DNA from: an uncultured Veillonella sp.
GTDB taxonomy: Bacteria > Bacillota > Negativicutes > Veillonellales > Veillonellaceae
Assembly (NCBI GenBank): GCA_963518085.1
Contig: CAUQIB010000008.1
Coordinates: forward strand, 36,524 to 100,523
Direction of reading: 5' to 3'
DNA length: 64,000 nucleotides
Below, piece after piece: positions 30,471 to 40,627 of this stretch (positions are counted from its first letter, which is position 1; each line of letters opens with the position of its first letter). The notes below the pieces were generated by a model, which was not told the origin of the DNA, made no database searches, and saw nothing but the letters and a program-made list of their open reading frames with translations. The translations under genes and the position numbers were made by a program.

Positions 30471-30531
30471 TTGTAAACTTTCAAAAACCTTACTTCGTTT
30501 ACATTATAAAACGCAATTGCATTTAGTGCAA
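30471..30531 (-). promoter_or_regulatory. bio operon promoter with BirA operator
   Basis: TTGCAC-17 bp-TATAAT on the minus strand (30531-30503); TGTAAAC-N18-GTTTACA at 30472-30503 over the transcription start. Confidence 0.85.
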
Positions 30532-30883
30532 TATTCAATTGCAAATTTTGTGATTTATGGGGCAGAGGGTGAGTTGCTTAGGTTGGAATTTCTATAGTAT
30601 AATGAAGATAATTATTTTGATCGGCTTATGAACCTTATGGGTTCCCAAATGTTTCACAGTAGAAGTATGTATAGAGGGTATATGCTTTGCTGTGTAGAAG
30701 AATGTGACATAGATAGTGAGAAAGGTTTCTCACGGTGTTTTACTGTATGAATACGAACAGAAATAGATACTTATTTGTGCTTACATGCCGATACATGCTC
30801 AACCATCAGCGGATGGAATTAGATAGTCTTGGACTATGGTAGTATGTATAGACAGTACGACTATAGTCCCGTAGGAGGAAATT

Positions 30884-32797
30884 TTGAATACACAAGAAGA
30901 AAGAACAACCGTAACTGCACCAACAGGTGAAGCTACGCAACAAAGACCACGTCCGACAACGCGTACACGCCGTACGACAGGTCAAAATCGTCGGACTACA
31001 GTGAAAGCGGATGGAGAGCGCCCAAGTCGCCCTCGCAACGATAATGGCGAACGTCGTCAATCCAATCGTGGTCCTCGCAGACCGCAACGGACGAACATGG
31101 CATTAGAAAACCAAGAGCAATCAGCGCGTCCGCACGTGCGAAAAGATAAATTACAAATCATTCCATTAGGTGGTTTAGGTGAAATTGGTAAAAATATGAC
31201 CATCTTCCAATACGGCGATGATATTGTAGTGTTAGATGCAGGGCTAGCATTCCCAGAAAATGACATGTTGGGGGTAGATATTGTTATTCCTGATATGAGT
31301 TATTTAATCGAGCATAAAGATAAAGTGCGTGCCGTGGTAATTACGCATGGTCACGAAGACCATATTGGATCTTTGGCATATCTGTTAAAAGAGGTAAACG
31401 CACCTGTTTATGCTACCAATTTAGTATGCGGGTTGATTGAAGGCAAATTAAAAGAACATCATGTAAAAGCGAAAAAGTTACAAATTGTAAAAGCAGGCGA
31501 TGAATTTAAAATTGGCTGCTTCAAAGTAGGCTTTATCCAAACCAATCACTCGATTCCCGATGCATGTGCTATCTTTTTAGATACTCCAGTCGGTACTGTG
31601 GTGCATACAGGGGACTTTAAAGTAGACCAAACACCAGTAGATGGGAAATTGATGGATGTTCACAAATTTGCAGAACTTGGTAACAAAGGCGTATTGGCGC
31701 TTATGTCTGATTCCACAAATGTGGAAAAACCAGGATTTACTCCATCTGAAAGTTCTGTAGGACCTGCTATTATGCGTGCTGTAGCAGAAGCGACTGGTCG
31801 TGTTATCCTAGCTACTTTTGCATCCAATGTGTCTCGTTTACAACAAGCCATTGATGCAGCGGTAGCTACAAAGCGTAAAGTAGTGGTGTTAGGTCGTTCC
31901 ATGGTAAATGTTACGGAAATTGCTCAAGAACGTGGCTATTTAACAGTGCCAGAAGGAACTATCATCGGTGATGATGAAATGAATCGCTACCGTGCTGATG
32001 AAATTATGATCTTAACAACAGGGTCTCAAGGGGAACCAATGGCGGGTCTATCTCGTATGTCTACGAATAATCACCGTACTGTAGAGATTACTCCAAATGA
32101 TACTGTTATTATCTCCGCTACTCCAATTCCTGGTAATGAAGCGGCTGTAGGACGTACTATCGATAACTTATTGCGCCAAGGCGCTCATGTAGTTTATGGC
32201 AAAGATCGTGGCATTCACGTATCTGGTCATGGTAGCCAAGAAGATTTAAAAACTATGTTGAACTTGGTGAGACCTAAATTCTTTATCCCAGTTCATGGGG
32301 AATACCGTATGTTGAAAAAACATGGTGAACTGGCTGTATCCATGGGAATTGTAAAACCTAGCAATGTCTTGGTAGGCGATAATGGACAAATTTTTGAGTT
32401 TACTACTCGTACAGGTCGTTTAGCAGGTCGTGTACCAGCGGGCAAAGTTTTTGTGGATGGTTTAGGTGTAGGCGATGTAGGTAATATCGTTATCCGTGAC
32501 CGTCAACAATTAGCGCAAGAAGGTATGGTTGTGGTTGTGATGGCAATGGACCGTGCATCTGGTACAATCGTAGCGGGCCCAGATATGCTATCTCGTGGCT
32601 TTGTATATGTTCGTGATGCAGAAGAATTATTAAGCGAAGCACAACGTCGTGTAGATGCAGCAGTGGAAAAATGTGAAATGGACCATATCAAAGATTGGAC
32701 AACCATTAAAACAGTGGTGCGTGATACATTAGGCAAATTCTTCTATGAAAAAACACGCCGTCGTCCAATGATTTTACCAATCATTCAAGACGTATAA
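30884..32797 (+). CDS. rnj: Ribonuclease J with Arg/Thr-rich N-terminal extension
   Basis: IPLGGLGEIGKNM, THGHEDHIG, HSIPD, HTGDFK, TGSQGEP, HVSGH, PVHGE. TTG start after AGGAGG. Confidence 0.97.
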   Translation: MNTQEERTTVTAPTGEATQQRPRPTTRTRRTTGQNRRTTVKADGERPSRPRNDNGERRQSNRGPRRPQRTNMALENQEQSARPHVRKDKLQIIPLGGLGEIGKNMTIFQYGDDIVVLDAGLAFPENDMLGVDIVIPDMSYLIEHKDKVRAVVITHGHEDHIGSLAYLLKEVNAPVYATNLVCGLIEGKLKEHHVKAKKLQIVKAGDEFKIGCFKVGFIQTNHSIPDACAIFLDTPVGTVVHTGDFKVDQTPVDGKLMDVHKFAELGNKGVLALMSDSTNVEKPGFTPSESSVGPAIMRAVAEATGRVILATFASNVSRLQQAIDAAVATKRKVVVLGRSMVNVTEIAQERGYLTVPEGTIIGDDEMNRYRADEIMILTTGSQGEPMAGLSRMSTNNHRTVEITPNDTVIISATPIPGNEAAVGRTIDNLLRQGAHVVYGKDRGIHVSGHGSQEDLKTMLNLVRPKFFIPVHGEYRMLKKHGELAVSMGIVKPSNVLVGDNGQIFEFTTRTGRLAGRVPAGKVFVDGLGVGDVGNIVIRDRQQLAQEGMVVVVMAMDRASGTIVAGPDMLSRGFVYVRDAEELLSEAQRRVDAAVEKCEMDHIKDWTTIKTVVRDTLGKFFYEKTRRRPMILPIIQDV

Positions 32798-32809
32798 AGA
32801 ATGTGATAT

Positions 32810-32843
32810 AATAGACATATGACGAAAGTCATATGTCTATTTA
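32810..32843 (+). terminator. Hairpin/terminator after rnj
   Basis: AATAGACATATGAC-GAAA-GTCATATGTCTATTT. Confidence 0.65.
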
Positions 32844-32895
32844 TTGTATTGGACTATGTCAGACCTTTTGGGGAGACATAATGTGGAGTTAGTCT

Positions 32896-33843
32896 ATGAA
32901 TCAAACAAGTACAAAGTCCGTTGTAGAGTCTGGTATCTTAACGGCATTGATGATTGTCTTTGCCATGATAGGTCTCAGTGTACCTATGCTTGGATTTTTT
33001 GGATCTATTTTTGTACCTATGACGATTGCTATCGTAGGTGTACGTCATGGCTTTCGGTGGAGTTTATTATCTGTTGTATCCGCCGTCATTGCCATTGCCT
33101 TTTTATTGGGGCCCTTGACAGCTATAGTCGAAGGTGGCGTCTTTGGTGTGATTGGTATTTTAATCGGCTATGGCTTGAGCAAGCACTGGTCTATTTCTAA
33201 ACTGTTGATGATTCCTGCTGTAGTATTAATGCTAGCAGTAGTGGTTCAGTTTTGGGCATCCGCTTTAGTGATGCAAGTAAGCCCTATAGACATGTGGTCC
33301 TCTTTGGAAGAACAAATTACAGTATCCATGCAAGATATGTATGTACAGCAAGGGCTTTCAGAGGAGCAGGTGACAACAGCGATGACAGCCTTGCACGATC
33401 AAATTGAAATCATGAAAAAAGTATTGATTGCAGGACTGTTTTGCTCTGGCGTAGCGATTTCGTATATTATTAATCGTCTCACCTATCTTGTGCTCAGTCG
33501 TATTGGTACCTACCATATTCCTGAAATGCCTACCATTAAAGGTTGGCGTGTGCCAGATTGGGCCTTGCATATCTTTTTAGTAGGGGTCATTTCCTATTTT
33601 GCGAAACAATATATTCCACTCCTTGAATATACAGGCTATAATTTGATGTACTTAGGTGGTATAATGCTATTTATACGAGGCATATCTTGTGCTTGGCGTA
33701 TTAGTAAAAGTTATAATCCACCGAAGATTGTGCCATGGATTGTACTAGGTCTATTTATTATGATGTCACAGTCCGCTGCTATATTAGGAGCCATAGATGT
33801 ATTCCTGCATATAGAGGAACGATGGGGTAGGCGAAGCGAGTAA
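32896..33843 (+). CDS. yybS: YybS (DUF2232) membrane protein
   Basis: Polytopic protein in the conserved yybS-gdpP-rplI-dnaB order. Confidence 0.85.
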   Translation: MNQTSTKSVVESGILTALMIVFAMIGLSVPMLGFFGSIFVPMTIAIVGVRHGFRWSLLSVVSAVIAIAFLLGPLTAIVEGGVFGVIGILIGYGLSKHWSISKLLMIPAVVLMLAVVVQFWASALVMQVSPIDMWSSLEEQITVSMQDMYVQQGLSEEQVTTAMTALHDQIEIMKKVLIAGLFCSGVAISYIINRLTYLVLSRIGTYHIPEMPTIKGWRVPDWALHIFLVGVISYFAKQYIPLLEYTGYNLMYLGGIMLFIRGISCAWRISKSYNPPKIVPWIVLGLFIMMSQSAAILGAIDVFLHIEERWGRRSE

Positions 33844-33859
33844 ACTTAGAGGAGGTAGT

Positions 33860-35884
33860 ATGGATATACAAACTGAATACGGTTCTATTGAAATGACTGC
33901 TGCCGTTCTCATTCTTGTCTTATTAGGCATTATTTTTTATTTAAATTGGCAACTGGCCATGTTGGCTTGTATCGTGGTGATTGCTGCCTACTTGTATGTA
34001 GGACGAACCATTCGTAGAGGACGACACCTTAGAAAAGCTCAATTTGACTGTATGGCAAAAGGAATTACGCAAGCTTCTACGTTTGCGCTACAAAACTTGC
34101 CAGTAGGCATTGTCATCATTGATGAACACAATGTGATCTGCTGGAGTAACAGCGTATTTAGAGATTGGCTACCTAGTGATTCCGATAAAACAATAAAATT
34201 AAGTGGGTTTATTCCCACCTTACGGATTGATAAATATTGGAGTAAGTCGGGATTCTTCCACGAGGAAATCGATGGCAAGTACTACCGTGTACTTTACAAA
34301 ACACTGGTAGCTCCAAAGTCGAATTATTCTGATGTAAATAGCGATGAACTAGAGTCTTATATGGCATTTTATTTTGATGATATTACAGATATCGAAGTGG
34401 AGAAACAAAAAGCGATTTCTATGCTGCCAGCTCTTGGCTTTATTGCTATGGATAATATTGAAGATTTACGTTCAGGATTGAGTGATATTGAATATACGCA
34501 ATTATGGTCTGATATGAATCGCTTGATTGTAACGGAAATTGACAAGCATGACGGATTTATACGAAATGCTACAGAAGATACGTATACCTTTAGTATTAGT
34601 AAAGCAGCTATGTTGCAGATGATGGGATCGAAGTTTAGCATATTAGATAAAATTCGGGCCTTGACTACATCGAAACATATTCCTCCAACTATCAGTATGG
34701 GCATTGCTTTAACAGAAGATACTGTGAAAGTGCAAGGGGAAAAGGCAAAAGCAGCCTTAGAGATTGCTTTAGGACGTGGTGGAGACCAAGTTTGCGTATA
34801 TCATGGTGAGGAAGTGAAATTCTTTGGTGGGAAATCATCAGGGAATGAAAAGAATACCCGTGTTCGTGCTAGGGTCGTATCCCATGCATTACATGAGATT
34901 ATGCTAGACTCTGATCGTGTTCTCGTGATGGGCCATGATCGAGAAGATTATGATAGTATTGGCGCCTCTGTAGGGGTAGCAGCGATGGCACGAGCCCTTA
35001 AGAAACCGGTGCATATTGCTTTGAGTTCGCATCCTACAGCAGTTCGCAAACTAGTAGAAGTCTTAGTGGATCATCCAGATTTTCAAGGTCTTATTATCGA
35101 TGAAGAAGAAGCTACACAATTTGTAACGGATAATACTGTTGTAATTGTGACCGATGTGCATCGGTCTGAGATGGTAGCAGCTCCATCAGCTTTGAAAAAA
35201 GCAAATCGTCGTGTTGTTATCGACCATCATAGACGAGGCTCAGATTTTATTGAATCGCCATTATTAACGTATTTAGAGCCGTCTACATCGTCGACGAGCG
35301 AGCTTGTAACAGAGTTAATTCAATATTTTCCTGAGCATGTTGCGATTAAACATATTGAGGCTAGTGGTCTATATGCAGGTATTGTAGTAGACACGAAAAA
35401 CTTTGTGGTTCAAACTGGGGCACGTACCTTTGAGGCAGCATCGTTCTTACGTCGATCAGGGGCAGATGTATCCTTAGTGCGCCATTTATTCATGGATAGT
35501 TTTGAGGGGATGCGTATCCGATCATCTATGCTAGCATCGGCAGAAGAAATAGCAAATATGGCTTTCACAGAGGCACCGCAAGATGCGAAGAATGCTACTG
35601 TTATTGCTGCGCAAACGGGAGATAAATTGATTACCCTTGAGGGGATTGAGGCTAGCTTTGTATTCTATGTGCTACCAGATGGTGGTATTGGGGTCAGTGC
35701 TAGGTCGCAAGGTAAATTGAATGTACAATTAATTATGGAAGCTGTCGGTGGCGGAGGTCATCGTACCGTAGCGGGGGCTCAAATTTACAATATGTCTATG
35801 AAAGAGGCTCGCCAATGGGTGACTGAAGTAGCCGTATCCCATATGACAGAATTGCAAAAAGAAGGTAAGGAGGAATTATCATGA
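33860..35884 (+). CDS. gdpP: Cyclic-di-AMP phosphodiesterase (PAS, degenerate GGDEF, DHH/DHHA1)
   Basis: Two TM, LPVGI PAS, ALGRGGDQV, MGH..D.DSIG, IDHHR, GGGGH. Confidence 0.93.
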   Translation: MDIQTEYGSIEMTAAVLILVLLGIIFYLNWQLAMLACIVVIAAYLYVGRTIRRGRHLRKAQFDCMAKGITQASTFALQNLPVGIVIIDEHNVICWSNSVFRDWLPSDSDKTIKLSGFIPTLRIDKYWSKSGFFHEEIDGKYYRVLYKTLVAPKSNYSDVNSDELESYMAFYFDDITDIEVEKQKAISMLPALGFIAMDNIEDLRSGLSDIEYTQLWSDMNRLIVTEIDKHDGFIRNATEDTYTFSISKAAMLQMMGSKFSILDKIRALTTSKHIPPTISMGIALTEDTVKVQGEKAKAALEIALGRGGDQVCVYHGEEVKFFGGKSSGNEKNTRVRARVVSHALHEIMLDSDRVLVMGHDREDYDSIGASVGVAAMARALKKPVHIALSSHPTAVRKLVEVLVDHPDFQGLIIDEEEATQFVTDNTVVIVTDVHRSEMVAAPSALKKANRRVVIDHHRRGSDFIESPLLTYLEPSTSSTSELVTELIQYFPEHVAIKHIEASGLYAGIVVDTKNFVVQTGARTFEAASFLRRSGADVSLVRHLFMDSFEGMRIRSSMLASAEEIANMAFTEAPQDAKNATVIAAQTGDKLITLEGIEASFVFYVLPDGGIGVSARSQGKLNVQLIMEAVGGGGHRTVAGAQIYNMSMKEARQWVTEVAVSHMTELQKEGKEELS

Positions 35885-36327
35885 AAGTAATTTTATTAGA
35901 AGATGTTAAAAAAGTTGGTAAACGTGGTGAAATCGTAGAAGTGTCCGAAGCCTATGGTCGTAATGTATTGATAAAAAAAGGTGTAGGTCTTGAAGGGACA
36001 CCACAAAACTTAAACAATGCAAAACAAAAATTAGGTGCACAAGCCCATAAAAAACAAGTAGACTCTGATGAAGCTACAGTATTGGCTAGCCAATTATCAA
36101 AAGTATCTGTTACAATCCCAGTGAAAATGGGCGATGGTGGCCGTGTATTTGGTTCTGTAACCGGTAAAGATATTTCTGATGCATTGCAAGAGCAAGTAAA
36201 AGTTGATGTAGATAAAAAGAAAATTGACTTAAAAGAGCCAATCAAAACATTGGGTACTCATGAAGTGTTAGTTCGAGTGCATCCAGAAATTACAGCTAAG
36301 ATTACTGTAGAAGTAGTTGCAGGTTAA
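35881..36327 (+). CDS. rplI: 50S ribosomal protein L9
   Basis: MKVILLEDVKKVGKRGEIVEVSEAYGRN, FGSVT, IKTLGTH. Confidence 0.97.
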   Translation: MKVILLEDVKKVGKRGEIVEVSEAYGRNVLIKKGVGLEGTPQNLNNAKQKLGAQAHKKQVDSDEATVLASQLSKVSVTIPVKMGDGGRVFGSVTGKDISDALQEQVKVDVDKKKIDLKEPIKTLGTHEVLVRVHPEITAKITVEVVAG

Positions 36328-36330
36328 TAG

Positions 36331-36356
36331 AAAGAGGGGCTAGGCCCCTCTTTTTT
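36331..36356 (+). terminator. Terminator after rplI
   Basis: AAAGAGGGGC-TAG-GCCCCTCTTTTTT. Confidence 0.75.
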
Positions 36357-36394
36357 GGTGTAGATGTGTGTAGTTGTAAATAGGGAGAATGTGT

Positions 36395-37747
36395 ATGTCA
36401 GGACGGATACCACCGCATAGTATAGAGGCTGAACGAGCTGTACTAGGAGCTATTTTACTCAATAAAGATGCTTTTGATACAGTCAGCTCTATTGTAAAAG
36501 CGGAAGATTTTTACAGTGACAATCATCGCGTGATTTATGAAGCTCTTGTAAGTATTGTAGGGAAAAATCAACGTGCAGACTATGTGTTATTATCTGAAGA
36601 GCTGAAAAAGTCTCAGAAATTAGAAGCTGTAGGAGGGATACTGTATCTTACGAATTTGACCACAGATATTGTAGATGCCTACAACGTGGAAGACCATGCG
36701 AAAATTGTAAGAGATAAAGCCCATTTACGTAAACTAATCCATGTAGCTAATGCAGTAGAATCCATGGCCTATCGTGAAGAGGAAGAAACAGAAGATATCG
36801 TCAATCGTGCAGAACAGATGGTTCTCGATGTGAGTGGTACCACAAAAGGGGAGTCCTCTTTTAGTGTTATGCGAGACGTAGTATATGAGACGATTGATCG
36901 TATTAATGAATTACAACGTCATAAAGGGATATTGACGGGCGTATCTACAGGATTTAAGGATTTAGATAACTTGACCAGTGGCTTACAAAAATCGGATCTA
37001 ATATTAGTGGCTGCTCGTCCTTCTATGGGTAAAACAGCATTTACATTGAACATTGCCCAAAATGTGGCTATGAAGTCGAAGAAAAATGTAGCCTTTTTTT
37101 CTCTAGAAATGTCTAAAACACAGCTAGTAGCCCGTGTATTAGCAGCGGTGGCTGGTATTAACTCTGGTCGGATTCGAAATGGTCAGCTTAGCCAAGAAGA
37201 CTGGGGAAAAGCTATCAATGCTTTGAATGATTTAGCTGATGCTCCTTTGTATATTGATGATACCTCAGGATTGACACCTCAATTGATGAAGAAAAAGTTA
37301 CGTCGGTTAATTCAAGAACATGGTGAATTAGGCCTTGTAGTAGTGGACTATATTCAGCTTATGGAAAATGGCGGTAAAAAGATGGCAGATAATCGCCAGC
37401 AAGAGGTATCTGCCATTTCTCGACAATTGAAAATTATGGCCCGGGAATTTAATGTACCATTGATTGCGTTGTCGCAGTTGAGCCGTGGCGTAGAAAGCCG
37501 GGCAGATAAAACTCCGATGCTAAGTGATTTGCGTGAATCTGGATCCTTGGAACAAGATGCGGATATTGTAGCTTTCTTAAATCGTGAGAATTATCAAGAT
37601 ACAGAAGACACTAGCGATGGTGTAGAAACACAAGTCATTATTCGGAAGCATCGGAATGGTGAGTTGGGGATAGTGAAACTATGGTTTGAAGGGGCATATA
37701 CACGATTTAGGGATTTAGCTTATCGTGAGGATGATCCTGGTATGTAA
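36395..37747 (+). CDS. dnaB: Replicative DNA helicase
   Basis: PPHSIEAERAVLG, AARPSMGKT, FSLEM, VDYIQL, LSQLSR, SDLRESGSLEQDAD, KHRNG. Confidence 0.97.
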   Translation: MSGRIPPHSIEAERAVLGAILLNKDAFDTVSSIVKAEDFYSDNHRVIYEALVSIVGKNQRADYVLLSEELKKSQKLEAVGGILYLTNLTTDIVDAYNVEDHAKIVRDKAHLRKLIHVANAVESMAYREEEETEDIVNRAEQMVLDVSGTTKGESSFSVMRDVVYETIDRINELQRHKGILTGVSTGFKDLDNLTSGLQKSDLILVAARPSMGKTAFTLNIAQNVAMKSKKNVAFFSLEMSKTQLVARVLAAVAGINSGRIRNGQLSQEDWGKAINALNDLADAPLYIDDTSGLTPQLMKKKLRRLIQEHGELGLVVVDYIQLMENGGKKMADNRQQEVSAISRQLKIMAREFNVPLIALSQLSRGVESRADKTPMLSDLRESGSLEQDADIVAFLNRENYQDTEDTSDGVETQVIIRKHRNGELGIVKLWFEGAYTRFRDLAYREDDPGM

Positions 37748-37763
37748 TGAGAGGAGAGAGACG

Positions 37764-38903
37764 ATGAGAAACACTTGGAAACACATGCTTTGTGCAGGTG
37801 CATTGACTATGGGGATTGTATCAGTAGGAACACCTGAGGTACATGCCAGTGGCATTTGGGAAGCTCTTGGTAAGAGTGTACTAGGAGGAATTTCTGTGCA
37901 TCAACATTTGAGTGACCTAGATAATACAGAAAAAGGTCAACAGGAGATGCTAGAAAAAACAAAAGATCGTACGGGCGTGTATGATAATTACGCTTATCAA
38001 ATGCGAGCGAAGCGCATTGTAGATGAACTTTCAAAATCACCACATGTAAAGCGTAGTTATGTAGTCTATGTAAATCCAGATGAAGATTTCAATGCGTTTA
38101 TGACCTTTGGACGTGTTATGTCTATTAATAAAGGGACTATGGATTTACTAGATGATGATGCCTTAGCAGCGGTAATCGGACATGAGTTAAGCCATGGGGA
38201 GCATAAAGATTTAGTGAACGGCGCCAAGAAAAGTAGTATTTTAACCACTGTGATTGGAGCAGCCACCTTCAATTCTGGAGATTTGGGACAAATTGCAGCA
38301 GGGCTTACTGGCAAATACCTAGATAATCAAGTGTTTACCATGTCGCAAGAGAAGAATGCAGATGAATTAGGCTTTAGCATTTTGGCGGATTCCTCCTATA
38401 ACGTGGGTGGGGCAGCTCTTGCCATGGAAGTCATCAAAAATAAATATGGCGATACGTATCGTGAAGGATTTGGTAAAATTTTAAATCCTAATGATCATCC
38501 GAAAACATCGCAACGGGTATTAGACAATTTGCAACGCTTATACGTGTATTCAGGAAATCATGTGAAAGTAGAACAACAAACAGTATTCATCAATGGTAAG
38601 CCTGTCTATGAAGGCACTGCAAAAGGTAATTATACAGCGTCGATGCGTGCTTATTTGGTGGCAGGTAAACTAGCTAGACTGTATCATGATAATGCTATTG
38701 GTGGTGCTCGTGTAGATGGCTCTACTGTGGCGATTGGTACAACTAATATTGTGACTATGCCAACATACGATGCTGCGTTTCAGATTGCGAAACAAATGAA
38801 TACAGCCATCAGTGATGAGTCAGGTGTTGTAGCAGATAAAAAGGTAAATAAAAAAGACAAAAAAGAGAAACAAGATAATAAAAATAAGGATACATACAAC
38901 TAA
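37764..38903 (+). CDS. Exported M48-family zinc metallopeptidase
   Basis: Signal peptide, FNAF, AVIGHELSH (HExxH), QEKNAD, DHP. SD precedes the ATG at 37764. Confidence 0.88.
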   Translation: MRNTWKHMLCAGALTMGIVSVGTPEVHASGIWEALGKSVLGGISVHQHLSDLDNTEKGQQEMLEKTKDRTGVYDNYAYQMRAKRIVDELSKSPHVKRSYVVYVNPDEDFNAFMTFGRVMSINKGTMDLLDDDALAAVIGHELSHGEHKDLVNGAKKSSILTTVIGAATFNSGDLGQIAAGLTGKYLDNQVFTMSQEKNADELGFSILADSSYNVGGAALAMEVIKNKYGDTYREGFGKILNPNDHPKTSQRVLDNLQRLYVYSGNHVKVEQQTVFINGKPVYEGTAKGNYTASMRAYLVAGKLARLYHDNAIGGARVDGSTVAIGTTNIVTMPTYDAAFQIAKQMNTAISDESGVVADKKVNKKDKKEKQDNKNKDTYN

Positions 38904-39289
38904 TCGTTATAGTAAACTATACATCGCCTGTATGTTATCGATGTATATCGATAGAGAAAAACGATAAATATAGATTTTCTTTTAGGGAATTCGATATGCA
39001 AGAATCGGAAAATGAAGTTATGATGAAGAAAAAAGATGAGGTATAACTAAAAGTAATGATTGGTTTATCCTCTGAAATAGCTACTTCTTAAGAAAAATAT
39101 TAATGAAAACAATTAATTTATCTCTTAACTATGCATATATGATAAGGTTAAAATACTGATAAATAGGGGATTTCTATTCCATGTGGTGTACATGTGTGCT
39201 ATAATTTACGTATCAAGAGTCGTGACCACCTATAGAGGAGTACAGGCGATGTCACACATATTTTTTAGTTAGGGAAAGAGGTTTTAACG

Positions 39290-40411
39290 ATGGGAAATTT
39301 TGTTTACATCCAAGAAGAAAAACTTAACGCATTCTGTCAAGACGCATTCGAAGGATTTGGTTTCACTCCTGAAGAAGCCGGTATCATTAAAGACGTATTG
39401 ATGATGTCCGACATGTACGGTATTCAATCCCATGGTATGCAACGTGTAGTTCGTTACCACAAAGGTATTGAAAAAGGTCTTATCGACATCAATGCAAAAC
39501 CAGAAGTAGTATTCGAAACTCCGGTATCCGCAGTTGTTGAAGGTCATGATGCAATGGGTCAATTAGTTGGTCATTTCGCTATGGAATTAGCAATTAAAAA
39601 AGCTAAAGAAACAGGTGTTGGTATCGTATCCGCTCGTAACTCTAACCACTATGGTATCGCTGGTTATTATGCTAACCTTGCATTAAAAGAAGGTTTAATT
39701 GGTTTCTCTTGCACTAACTCTGAAGCAATCATGGTTCCTACATTCGCTCGTAAAGCAATGCTTGGCTCCAACCCAATCGCTTTCACAATGCCAGCTGAAC
39801 CATACAATTTCTTCTTTGATGCTTCTACAACAGTAGTAACTCGTGGTAAATTAGAAATGTACAACAAATTAGGTAAACAATTGCCTAACGGTTGGGCATT
39901 AAATAAAGATGGTAAAGCATCTCAAGATGCTGGCGAAGTATTGGGTAATATCTCCGACCACGTTGGTGGCGGTATCATGCCTTTAGGTGGTAACACTGAA
40001 CAATTAGGTTCCCACAAAGGTTATGGTTACGGTATGCTTTGTGAAATCTTCGCATCTATCTTCTCTCAAGGTGGTACATCCAATAAATGTATGACTGGTG
40101 GTCGTTCTAACATTTGTCATGGTTTCATGGCTATCAATCCAGCTATCTTCGGTAATCCAGAAGACGTTAAAAAACACTTCTCCACATTCTTACAAGAACT
40201 TCGTGAAGCTCCTAAAGCTGAAGGCGCTGACCGCATCTACACTCATGGTGAAAAAGAAGCAGAAGCTATCGACGTTTGCCGTAAAGAAGGTATCCCAGTT
40301 ATTGACAAAACTGTGGCAGAATTGTTTGACGTATGTAACTTGTTAAAATTGGATCCTAAAAAATATTTCGGTGACTATGAGCCACCTAAAGCAGTAGCAT
40401 CCAACTACTAA
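39290..40411 (+). CDS. Ldh_2-family (malate/L-lactate dehydrogenase-like) NAD-dependent oxidoreductase
   Basis: GIQSHG, RNSNHYGIAGYY, LGSNPIAF, FDASTT, HKGYG, YTHGEKE; strongly biased codon usage. Confidence 0.9.
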   Translation: MGNFVYIQEEKLNAFCQDAFEGFGFTPEEAGIIKDVLMMSDMYGIQSHGMQRVVRYHKGIEKGLIDINAKPEVVFETPVSAVVEGHDAMGQLVGHFAMELAIKKAKETGVGIVSARNSNHYGIAGYYANLALKEGLIGFSCTNSEAIMVPTFARKAMLGSNPIAFTMPAEPYNFFFDASTTVVTRGKLEMYNKLGKQLPNGWALNKDGKASQDAGEVLGNISDHVGGGIMPLGGNTEQLGSHKGYGYGMLCEIFASIFSQGGTSNKCMTGGRSNICHGFMAINPAIFGNPEDVKKHFSTFLQELREAPKAEGADRIYTHGEKEAEAIDVCRKEGIPVIDKTVAELFDVCNLLKLDPKKYFGDYEPPKAVASNY

Positions 40412-40627
40412 TTAGAAGTCACTAGCTGACAATTACAAATCTTTATCGATGCAGAATCAGTAGTTTTGTATCCCTAAGGAATACTTCTTAGAGACTGGTA
40501 ACAGTCAACATCTTAGAACATATGAGAGAGGGAATCTGTAGATTTCCTCTCTTATTGTTTATACAACACTGTATGTATGCTAGAATTTGAATTACAGTGA
40601 TTCATACTATAGAAAGGGATTGTTAAT

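Noticed and set aside
39012..39027. ATGAA-N6-ATGAA as a third TTCAT site
   Set aside because: Only two boxes, in reverse orientation and far from the promoter; expected by chance in AT-rich DNA.
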